This document shows positions 1-11,800 of a stretch of DNA of 59,672 nucleotides, in pieces. Source of the stretch: Proteromonas lacertae. Taxonomy: Eukaryota. The stretch is taken from positions 62,001-121,672 of the forward strand of contig NGBS01000307.1 of assembly GCA_002245135.1 (NCBI GenBank). Reading direction: 5' to 3'. The translations under genes were made by a program, and so were the position numbers. Every line of letters starts with the position of its first letter. Within the stretch, counting starts at the first letter, position 1. The notes beneath the pieces were generated by a model. That model searched no databases and was not told where the DNA came from. It worked only from the letters and a program-made list of their open reading frames with translations.

Positions 1-1042
1 CACTGATACTTCAAATATTCCCAATCTGTCATATTCTCTACATTCTTTCCTGTTTTACTATCTTCATTATCTTGTTTCTTCATAAAATCCCATTTAATAA
101 CTAAAGACTCAAATGAACGAGGAGTTAGACATGTAACATCACTACTTTCAGCTAAACAAGAGTTAAAAAGACGTGTGACTCTTGCATTACGCATTTCAGG
201 GAATTTTTGTTTCATCTATTAATAAGAGAATGAATAAGAATGTAAACATACATATGTTTTAAATTCATCTAATGTAATCTTTCCGGTTTTTGATTGATTT
301 ACTTCTTTAAACAACTTTGTACTATCTACTCTTGTATCAGTTGGACCTAATTGATATTGTTGCATCAAATACAACAAGAAATCTTCAATTGCTATTATAA
401 TATAAACATAATTAAATAATACGAATAACACTATCTCTAACTGGAACTAAATGACCTTGAACTCTTTTTGAACATTTAAATTCAGTCATTCTCATTTCAT
501 CCAATCTCTTAAGTATACTTTTCTGTATTTTTTCATTTACTGTTAGTATATAATGATTATCAATTTTCAATGAAAATGTTTTATCATCAACAGTAATATA
601 CAACTAAAACATTAAAAATAGAAAAATAAATACATTCTTTGCTATTTCTATAAGTGATGTAGAAGGAAATAACATATAGTATGGTGCTTTATCTAATATA
701 GTCATGTTTATGCTGTATTTTCTAGCATATTTCATAATAAATGAATAAATATAAAAAACATATTGCGAGGTTTCTAAATCTACTGTTTCACCAATACAAC
801 ATAATTGTCTGAATAATCGAATTCTGGAAGACATTTTGTATGTTTGTTCAATAGTGTAACATAATTCATGTAACTAGTAATAGTAATAATATATAGATAT
901 ACTTTTTGGTCTGTCATTCCTGCTAGACCATATTTTGTCAAAAAATAACCATAAACAAACTCAGGAAATGTCATTATTGGTGTTTCATCTCTTTTTGCAG
1001 TTTCATCTGTTGCTATCTTTTCTTCAAATAACTATACACAAG

Positions 1043-1082
<40 letters not shown>

Positions 1083-2728
1083 TACTGATGTAATAAGATT
1101 CAGTAATTGCTTAATGGGTAATTTTAAATCTCCAATAAGTTTCTGAGATGTTTTATACTTTGGATTATTTATATAATCTAACAAACTAACCTTTACAACT
1201 TTATTTGGTTTTGGTGGAGGAACAACAGATGCTGAATCCGACTCAACTGATTCATCATCTGATTTATCTAATGAATAATCTTGAGATTCAATTACTTGAA
1301 TATATTTCTCAGCAGCTATTAATAAAATATTACATATACTAGTAATAAATATATATACTTTGTGGTGGAGGTGGAATACTTTCATATTTTTCTTTCCAAT
1401 ACTTCAAATCATCTTTACTAATTTCATACTGTTTATTCAATACACTTTTCTGTTGTCTTAATAACTCATTTTCCTCTTTTAATTTCTGTATTCTTTCTAA
1501 AGCTTCATCATATTTTCTGGTATATTCATTTGCTACTTGAGTTTTAACATATAATTCTTGGTCATACAACTATTAATAAAAAATAAAATAGAAGAGAAAC
1601 ATACTTTATATATTTTCTTTACCATTTCTAATGTATTTGTCTGAAAATCACTAACTATACACATCAATTCTCTATATTTACTTCTAACTCCTTCACTAAA
1701 ACATTCACAATCTTCATCTATATTTAAAGTACCATCTTCTTCTACAGACATATCAGCAATATGTGAAATATTGTATATTAAATCATCTGTAGTTTTTCTA
1801 ATCTTAAAACTATTTGTTTTTATTGTCTTTTGATAATTCACTATTTCCTTATACAGTGATTCTATATGATGATAATAAGAAGAAGAAAAAAAACATTATA
1901 CTCGATTCATCAGTCAATTGTAAATTGTTACTTATGTTCAAAAATATACTATACATTTGATTAACATATTCACTTGATTTTCTATATTGATGAGATAAAT
2001 GATTAACTATAAATATATAATAATTCTGAAGTTCTGTTATTTTATTCTTATAATGTATTAGTAATATCTTATATTTGTCTTTTAACATTTGCTGTCTTTG
2101 AAAATTGTAATCTTCCATTGAATCTACTTCAGCTTGAGCAGCATGAACACCAGATAGCACAAACTCCTTTTGAGCATTTATAAATACCTTTAAATCATTT
2201 ATAATATCTGTTACTTTAATCCATAACAGTGCAAGAAGTTCACCTTCCTCTACACATGTAATACTCCTTTGTCGAACTAATTCAGACATACAATGGTCAA
2301 GAATGTTCTTTTTCGAGTCTAATAACTTCCATTTATTGTTTCTTGGACTTGTCCAACCATCATAAGGTTCCTAAGTTATAAATTTTAGAAATAATACTGG
2401 TAGATTGTCTAATTGTTTTAAAACAGATATTTGAAGTTCTTTGAATTCTTTTCGTGATAATGGATATAGATTTTTGAATGGTACCTTATAATGTGAATCA
2501 TTTGATCTGTTTGTAGAAGACGATTCCGATTTAACACTGTAACTAATCTATTATTCATTACAATAAATAAAAAAAATAGAAAAATAATACATTTCGACTA
2601 GAAGATGGTCTTTTTCTTAATGGAGTGGGAGTTGCTGATCTTCTATCTCTATAATGATAAATACACATGCAGAGATACGAATTATGAAGTGATTGCCTTG
2701 CACTAAAGCTTCTTTGTAGAGTTGTCAT
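1..2728 (-). CDS. Multi-exon protein with axonemal dynein light chain-like domain, coiled coil and EF-hand-like region; 3' end runs off the window
   Basis: ATG at 2728 (MTTLQRSFSARQ). ORF fragments between 219 and 2289 are joined by short GT-AG introns (e.g. 1032-1085). PLSRKEF...CMSELVRQRSITCVEEGELLALLW resembles the p28/DNALI1/AXDND1 motif ELIRQVxxxCxERGxLL. FKEVNQSKTGKITLDEFKTY is EF-hand-like. Confidence 0.65.
1045..1080. repeat. (TAA)n microsatellite inside a 54-nt intron
   Basis: About 12 TAA units inside minus-strand intron 1032-1085. Explains the poly-Tyr in ORF 1032..1385. Confidence 0.9.
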
Positions 2729-2744
2729 CAAAACAGTAAAAAAA

Positions 2745-2766
2745 GTAAATTACATGTAATATTTAC
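2745..2766. promoter_or_regulatory. Dyad-symmetric element in a 53-nt divergent intergenic region
   Basis: Perfect palindrome ATTACATGTAAT (2749-2760) within GTAAAT...ATTTAC, centred between divergent ATGs at 2728 (-) and 2782 (+). Confidence 0.4.
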
Positions 2767-2781
2767 ACAAGCTTATTTAAA

Positions 2782-4104
2782 ATGTTTGGTTTAATTATTT
2801 TCATCGTAATATTGTTATCTGTGTTAGGAATAATTGGTTATTGCTTCTACACTAAAGTATATAAACGATGGAAAGAAGAAGATAATAAAGAATTTCTTGT
2901 TTGGGCATCTAACAAAGTATTTATTATTTTAATATTTTATTAGTTCAGAGCAACTCGTGCTAATTCGCTATTGCTTAACGAAGTTTCGTTAGATCTTGGA
3001 TCCAGTGGTGAAACACAATACAATGACTACTCAAACGGTAAATATGGATTTTCTATAAAGTATCCAGTCAAATGGAAATTTCTGATCCATCTAATGAATT
3101 AGAAACTACTTGTTGTAGAATATACGACACAGGAAATGAATTAAAGCAGAGATCGTTATTGATTGTATTAAAACTAACTATATGATGTGCTTTATAGTCA
3201 TTTGAAAAATGCAAGTGGCCTGATGTAAATATGAAAGAGTTTGGTGATGTAGCACTTGAAAAAATAAAAAAGTTGAGATATAAATTCAAATTGATTGAAA
3301 GAAAAATAATGACATTTGAATATGGAGAATGCCCATTTATTAGTTTTGTACATGAGTCAGATTGGGGTAAAAGATATTCAATAGTTATGTATATATTATA
3401 TGAAAAGACGATATTTTCATTATTATTTGATTGTCCTGATAATGTTAGACCTTTTGTTGAACCTATTTTCATGGAGATGATAAAATCATTTAAAATCATC
3501 CCTTCTCTAGCTTCAGTATATATGTTATTATTATAAATACAATGTTTTAGTTTCGTTTTGTCGACACACCTTTCAATATTAATTCCATTAAATGGAAGAA
3601 ATATTCGTTTGAAAATATAAACTTGAAAATTGAAATACCAAAGAATTGGATTGTAGAAGATGAGAACTCGTCACAAGTAATACATATAAACTGCCCAAAC
3701 ACTGAACTTTATTTTAAAGCAATAACAGTTGTTATATTTGATTTGTCGAATGTTGGATCAAGTTCAATCTTGGATGATTTAGCAGTGTTTTTTAAGAATT
3801 TTATTAGTAATAATCTATCTGCACGTATACTGGAAGAACAGAGTTTATCTAATGCTATGTATTATAGATGTAACGTTATTAATAACATGATTAACATTAT
3901 ATCATGTATATATATAATATTTTTTAAATTTATTTGTATAGATTCATTTATTAGTGTTTTACAAGCTAATAAAGGATATATTCTCACTGTCAACTTTTCC
4001 AAGTATATTCTCTATGATTTATTCTTTTTTTAATTAGGAGTATTGCTGTTGATTATAAGAATGTTGCATTTCACATTTTCCATTCAATTTCTCCCATTGT
4101 ATAA
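2782..4104 (+). CDS. N-terminally anchored protein with two tandem PsbP/DcrB-like domains; apparent -1 shift near 3075
   Basis: Anchor MFGLIIFIVILLSVLGIIGYCFY. Introns 2917-2943, 3165-3197 and others. Repeated motifs YSNGKYGFSIKYPVKW and WKKYSFENINLKIEIPKNW, with the domains ending FMEMIKSFKII and FHIFHSISPIV. TAA at 4102-4104. Confidence 0.55.
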
Positions 4105-4211
4105 TGTAAATATATAAATTTAATATTATTCTATTTTTATCTATTGTTTTGATAAAAGCAAAAATGTTAGTCATACTCCTTCATATAGGGTAAAATGAAA
4201 CATATATCAGA

Positions 4212-4285
4212 TCTTCCGTAGCTCAGCTGGTTAGAGCGTACGGCTGTTAACCGTAAGGTCGACGGTTCAATCCCGTCCGGAAGAG
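4212..4285 (+). tRNA. tRNA-Asn (GTT)
   Basis: Acceptor stem TCTTCCG/CGGAAGA plus G discriminator, D arm GCTCAGCTGGTTAGAGC, anticodon loop CTGTTAA, T loop GGTTCAATCC. Confidence 0.97.
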
Positions 4286-4292
4286 TTTTTTT
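4286..4292 (+). terminator. Pol III oligo-T terminator
   Basis: T7 run immediately after the tRNA discriminator base. Confidence 0.75.
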
Positions 4293-4443
4293 CATTTTTT
4301 TATTATTATTCTTTTTCTTTTCACTAATATAACTTATTCTTTATGTTATTTGATGTGTTATTCTATTGCTTTTAACATTTATGATTAATGATATGCAATT
4401 TCAACTTTTAATTTATGCTTGATTACCGTTTGAAATACAAATT

Positions 4444-5383
4444 ATGAAAATCTCTAAAAAGAACACTAACGTAATAATTATCACACTTGGCACTATATTT
4501 ATAATTATTTCAATTATTATAACTATTTGTATTATTTTAGTTATTGTAATGTGTTAGTTGATCATCAAAACTCAAGAAATCCATTCCCCTGGAATTATGT
4601 CTCTCAATTTATAGGTTGGATATACTTCTTTGCTTGGAGTGTGAGTTTCTACCCTCAGATGTTTATGAATTATGAAAGAAAGTCTGTTCATGGCTTGTCG
4701 TTAGATTTTATAATCTTAAATATGACAGGATTTATCTTTTATACATTTTTCAACTTTTGTTTACTTTTTGTTGAAGTTGTGAAAGAAGAATATAGAGAAA
4801 TACATCATGGAGCTAATGCAGAAGTGACAATGAATGATTTATTCTTTTCTACACATGCTGGAATAATTTCATTTTTGACTCTCATTCAATGTTATATATA
4901 TCACAAAGAAGATGACAGTAGATTATCATTGCCAGCTTTGTTACTCCTTTCTGGGTTTATACTAGGTGGTACTGTTCTTGCAGAATTAGCTTTATTTAAG
5001 TATATTAAGTGGTTATTATTTCTTAATGTCATTTCAACTTTCAAGTTAATCATTTCTGTATGTAAATACTTGCCTCAAATTTATTTGAATTATAAGAGGA
5101 AATCCACAGAAGGATGGAATATACATAATATACTACTTGATCTAACTGGAGGAACATTATCATTTGCTCAGTTATTTATAGATAGCATTTCTACAAGTAT
5201 CAATTATATTATAATATGTTTCACATAGAGAATTATTCAGGATTAATAGGAAATCCGGTAAAGCTTTTACTTGGATTGATCGCTATATTCTTTGATATAA
5301 TTTTCATAACACAACATTATGTATTGTATAGAAAGCCAAGTAGTAGTGAAAGCGAGGAAGAATATTTGATTGAGAATAATTAA
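4444..5383 (+). CDS. CTNS: Cystinosin-like PQ-loop lysosomal cystine transporter
   Basis: [15 protein letters not shown]...[44 protein letters not shown] and GNPVK...[12 protein letters not shown]. Introns 4529-4557 and 5197-5228. C-terminal EEEYLI dileucine-type sorting motif. Confidence 0.92.
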
Positions 5384-5863
5384 GGTATGATAAGTGTTCA
5401 TAAGATTTTTAATTCTTTATTGGGGTATATTTATACATGTATGAATTACTTTGATAACACTATAAATTGGATTATATGAGATATTAATTATTACATACTT
5501 TTATTATGTTATATAAATACAATATACATTTTCTTATATATTTGATAACTATTACTATAGCAGTTGATAAGATATTTAAGAAATATACATCAAACCACCA
5601 AGCAAATAGAGACTTTTTTTAAAGTCATCAACGTAATATAAGGCCACTTTGAAGGTCCACATCTTTGTGTTGGGTTTTCTCATTTATTAGTGAAGGTATA
5701 ATTATATAATTCTTCCTTCAGATACAGTCACTCATTCTGATCTATTATCACTTTTTTATTTTTCTTCTATTTTGTTCTTCTACAATATCGCTATTTTAGT
5801 GCTTTATATAATAATTTATCATACTATAATATCTTAGATAAAATTTTAGAAAGCCTTACTGAA

Positions 5864-8800
5864 ATGAAAGCATTCATTTCTACCGTTTTTATACTAAACC
5901 TTATTTTTATGGTCAATGCAGCTCAAATTAATATTACAGATGATACAGTGGCAAGTAGCAAATATACATATGCAGTAGGTGATACATTGAGTAAAGGAAT
6001 AGTTGGATCAATTCGAGAAATACAGACAATAGTAGTTCCAAAAGATTATAAAGGAAATATAAAAATTAGTTGCAGAGGTTGTGCACCTACAGATGAATTT
6101 AAATATGAAATTGCAGAATTGACAGATATAGAAAGCCATATAGATCCCCAGTTTCCAGCACAAGTGAGGAAAGAGAATTCTCTCAATGGAACAATACAAA
6201 ATACAATTTATTCTCTGTATTTTCAAGTAGATGGTGATATTCCACCGTTTGTTTTTATGTTCGATGATTATGGGGTAGTAGAATCTACAGAAGTAACAAA
6301 AGGTGAAACAAATTCGTTTATTATAGTAGCTCGAAAAGCAGATCAGACAGTATCACTCTCAACAGATCATGAGTTTCTCATCGATGTATCCAATAAGAAT
6401 GGCACATTTTACAGTAATGAAGGATTGGCAGTAGCTGAGCCAGCTATATTTTCTACATGTACAATATATTTTGATAGTAAATGTAAACCAGCAGATAGTT
6501 TTACTATAAATGGTAATTCATATAAAATAAGTGATATTTATACAGTTGAGTTTGAAGATAGAATGAGAGAAGTATTTCATACTAATATGACAGTTAAAGC
6601 TGATTTATATCCATACAGAGTTACTCTACAGTTTTATGATAGATTATTTGATATAAATCAAGTTAATCCATCATTTTCATCTTCATGTTCTGTAACTTCC
6701 AGTAAAACAAATGGAGATCATGAAATACAATCTCTCATAGTTGTTCCATCTAATCCAGATTCTCCAGGTAATTTCACTATTGGAGTGAGTGATAAATCAA
6801 GTTCAATGATATTAAGTGGAGATGCAACTGAAGCAGAAATTTATGAAGCTTTAGAAACATTGTCAATAACAGATACACAAATTACAAAACTACCGTTTGG
6901 TGAAGGATCTATATTTGTTATTACTTTTACTCAAACAACGGGTAAACTAGATCAATTGTGGGTTAAACCATATAATTTAGAAGTACAAGAAGTTACAACC
7001 TATGGTGCAAGATTTGGCACATTTTCACTATCAATCAATGATAGTGTAATAGAAAATATTGATGTTGGAATTGGTAATGAAATATTTGCTGAATTATTAA
7101 AACAATCAGATGCATTTGAATATGTAGATGTTAGTTTATATGAAAGAGGGCCAGATAATCGAATATGGTCTATTACTTACTTAACTCCAATTAATAATAA
7201 TGATTTTGATTATGTATGGAGAGTGGATTATTCAAATGTTACTGGTATTCCTGTAATTGGACATAATTTTGTTGAAATAACACAACATAAGTCATATGTA
7301 CAGAGTTTTGATGGCATTTTAACTACATTCATTGTACAATTTGGATTTCCATATTATATTGGAAGATATAATATTCCAGAAGTTGGTGATTATTTATTAA
7401 ATGTAAGAACTAATAGTAAAGGTGGATTAATAGGTGAATATTATGATTCTGATGATTATAGTGAAGGTTTAAAACCTGTGTTTACACATATTGATTCAGA
7501 AATCAATTTTAATTGGGGAAGTGGTCAAATAACTGAGAATCGAACAGATCATGTCTACATAAGATGGAGTGGTAAAATTCATGTGCCTCAAGATGCTGAA
7601 TATATATTTTATATCACAGCTGATGATAATGTAAAGTTATATGTGAATAATACATTATTAATCAGTAATTGGGATAATATATATGAACCAAATCCCAATC
7701 CAAATATTGAATATAATAACTCTATTTATTTATATAATAATACATATTATGATATATTAATCGAATATCATGAATATACGCAATTTGCGTTTATACAATT
7801 ACAATGGAGTAGTGGATTTATAGCTAAACAAATAATACCAAATACTTACTTTTCATTTGTAGAACATATTCAAGGAAGTCCATTTTCTATCTCTTTAAGA
7901 CCAGTTCCATTAGCAAATTATATATATACAACTGTAGAAGGACCAGGAGTTAAAGATAATTTAGCTGGTGTTGAGACTTATTTTATTATTCATCTAAAAG
8001 ATCAATATAACAATGCTGTTAGTGATGATAGTATTTATGATCGATTAGATGTGTATATGTATCCTAGAAATGGTACAGATGGAATGGTCTATCATTTATT
8101 ACCATATTATTTAAGTATTGGAACATATAGAGTTAATTATACTATTGAAGATACTGGCTTTTATTATTTATATATTAAACTGAATGATTTTAATATTTAC
8201 TGTGGAAATACAGTATTTGAAAGATGTTCTCCATTTTTAATTGAAATAAAACCAGGACAATTATCACCATTTACTACTGAAACTGAAATAAAATACCAAC
8301 AAATATATGCAGGTGAATATGATGAAGTAATACTAACAGCAAGAGATGTTTATGGTAATTTAGTTTACTATGGAGATGATGAATTTGATGTAAGATTTGT
8401 TAATGAATCAGCAGGATATGTTCATATTGAGACTAATTTCACAAATACTAAATACAATGGAAGTGGTATTTATATCATTTCATTTAAACCAACTTTTTAT
8501 GGTAAATACACAGTAAAGATCTATTCTAAAGGTATTTTAATAACTTCCAGTAATAATGTTAATATATCAATAACACCCAATAAACCATATGTTCCTAATT
8601 ATCAATTAGCTTATCATAATTATTATGCGATGGAGAATCAATTAATTACTATACAGACTCAAGATTTTTGTCATAATACTCGTTATTGTAATGATGATGA
8701 TGTTGATTGTATTGATATGAATATTAAAGAACATTTGTTATTAGAGATTGATAATCAATTATATTCAAGTTATGTATATTCTTTACATTTTAATATTTCA

Positions 8801-11800
8801 AGTGATAATAATAATAAACAATTATCAACATCATCAAATAGATTATTCTATTTTAGAATCGATGGTAATGATATTAATAGAGATAATGGATATGGATATA
8901 ATATTCATCCATTAACATTACAGTATGATTTGTCTAATAATACTAAATATGAGTTTAAAGTATATCAGATTAGTGATGTTTATTATATTTCATGTATTGA
9001 TTGTACAAATGGAACTACCATTGAGTTTGTTCCACTTGTTGAAGGTGATAGTGAGTTTATTTATCAATTTGAATATGTGAATAATGCATCAATTACACCA
9101 TATATTGTATTTCCAGCTTTAGTTCCATATAATCGAACATTTGAGAGTTTTCTTTATTTATCAACAGATAAAGCAAATAATAAAACAGTAAATATCAATT
9201 TCCTATTAAATCAAGTTATATCTCCTACTAATATAGTTGAATTTTATAAAGATTATCATGCAAATACTAATAATGTATTGACATTTAATGTATCCGATAT
9301 TGGTTTAGATGATATATATGAAATAAAAATGGAGAATAAAGAAATTGGAAATAGAAATCAACCACCTACTTATCAATTTACAATCAGTTGTAAGAATAAT
9401 AAAATAGAATGTGGATATACTGTTAATTATTATGATTATACAAGCAAATACATATATTCATATGATAATATTCCAACCATTGAATCAAAATTATCATTAG
9501 TATTTGGAAATGTAACAATTGAAAGAAGTACAACTGTTGATACACCAAATCATTTGCTAAAATATCAATACACTTATACATTCCATTCATTAACTGGAAG
9601 TATAAATGTAACGCAATTTAAAATAGATGATAAAGAAGTTGATGTTGTGTATAGTCAAGGTGTGTCAACTGATTCAAAAGATGGATTTATCTATTTAACC
9701 ATTCAAGGAATTAATTCATTACCAATTTATTATGAATCAACAGCAGAAGAAATTAGAAATAAATTATCCATTATTCCTGGATTAGAATTAGTTCATGTCA
9801 ATGTATCATTTGGAGGAAAGAATGTATTATATGATAAACATATGACAGGAACAGTTAAATATATATACATTACATTAAATGAATTATTACATCCATTTAA
9901 AGTGGGAAAATCAGATGAGGATTCTTCATTAGAATCAATAATTGTTAGAAGATTACAGCATTTTATGCCTGGTAATATCGCTTATGGTTCTGCAATACCA
10001 ATTAAAGATATTTCAATTGATTTCTACAATCCAAAACATGATTATAGAATGTCTACCACAGTTAACTATGTTTATACATGCAGTAATATTAATGGAACTT
10101 TAGCAGTTTATACAGAGAATACTTTAATGGTTAGTTATATTGATACTGAAAGAACATTTAGTGATTTGAAGTGTTTGATATATAATGTTTATGGTATTCC
10201 AATTGAATTTGATAGTATTTATAATTCATTACCATTATGTGGATTGAATATTTTTAATGTTCATTTTAAAACTGTGAATGTTGCCGATTCTATTTATATT
10301 ACACCAAATATGACACATATTGGTAAATTTGTGTTTGAAATAACTCCTAAATCTGGAGTGAGTGTAGTTCATGATAATGGACCAAAGTTTAATATTAATT
10401 TTAATCCAATATATGATGGTGAGTATTACATGAAAATAGATTTATTACATGGTAAAACAAAGCAATATTCGATAAATGTAATAGGTTTTCATCCTGTTGC
10501 TTATAATACATTCAATAATGCAACAAAATATACATTAGCTGGTGATATTACTCCATTTGCTATTGATTTAAGAGATAAATACAATAATTCAGTTGTTAAT
10601 CCAAATATTACCACATTCAAATTATATTTAATTGATTCTAATGATACTTATTTACCAGTTGAAGATATTGAAAGATTTGAAAATTCATCTATTTATAATG
10701 TCAATTATACATATACAAAAGCAGAAGAAATCTCATTAAGATCAGATGTTATATTAAATGGAATAAAAGTAGTTTATTATACACTATATGATTATCAACA
10801 CTCCTATTTAGTAAATCCAACCAATTGTCCAAATGATAATAGATATTGTGATTATTCATATGTGTATGATAATATCAATCAGAATTATTCAAATGATCCA
10901 ATATATTATGATAGAGATAGAGAAATATTCAAAATAAAATATGATGGATTGTTGTATATACCAACATCTGGTGTTTATACATTCTATTTTCAAGGTGGAA
11001 ATGGAGTTGAATTATTTATCAATAATCAGTTGGTATTAAATAATAGCTATAAATTAATATATGAAATATCAAATTCTACATCACTAGATGGTGAAACTTA
11101 TATTCCAATTCAATTATATTATCGTTATACATCAATGAGTCAATGCACATTGTATTGGAGTAGTAATAATGGAATGAACAAGGAAATAATTCCATCCAAA
11201 TATTATTTTTATTCAGTACAAATGTTAAATTCACCAAAATCAGTAATTGTTTATTCTTCCAGTGTTCCTAATAATTATTCTTATAATTCATTAACAGCTA
11301 CTCCAATTGCTAATTTTACAGTTGGTAAATTTGAATTTGTTTTTACACCTAGAGATAGATATGGAAATGTTATTGATAATAGATATTTGAATTTATCTGC
11401 ACATATTATTGGTTATAAAGGATGGAGTGAAATCAATAGAACAGATGAAAATATTGAGAAAAGACCAGTTCCATTTGAATTAGATGAATTTGATATTAAA
11501 CCAATAGGAATGGTTTTAATATGTGAGAAATGTGGTAAGATTGAACAATATCAATTGAATATAGTTATTGATACAGAAAAAGCAAATACAACATTATTGA
11601 AGCAATTGTATTATGGAGATGTTTTAGTAATAGGTAGTTATAGAGTAACTGTTGATTATGTGAAGAATAATGAAATCTATTTGATTGATTCATATCCAGG
11701 AAAAAGTGAAGAAAATATAAGAGTGGTAATAGCCAATAATTTTCATGGACAATATTTAATAAGTTCAAATAAAGTAATATCCAAAGATTTATATAAATTA

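Noticed and set aside
3038..3060. 23-nt intron that would restore the frame of the PsbP-like gene
   Set aside because: It would remove the GKYGFSIKYPVKW motif mirrored in the second domain and is shorter than the other introns. A 1-nt deletion is preferred but RNA-seq is needed.
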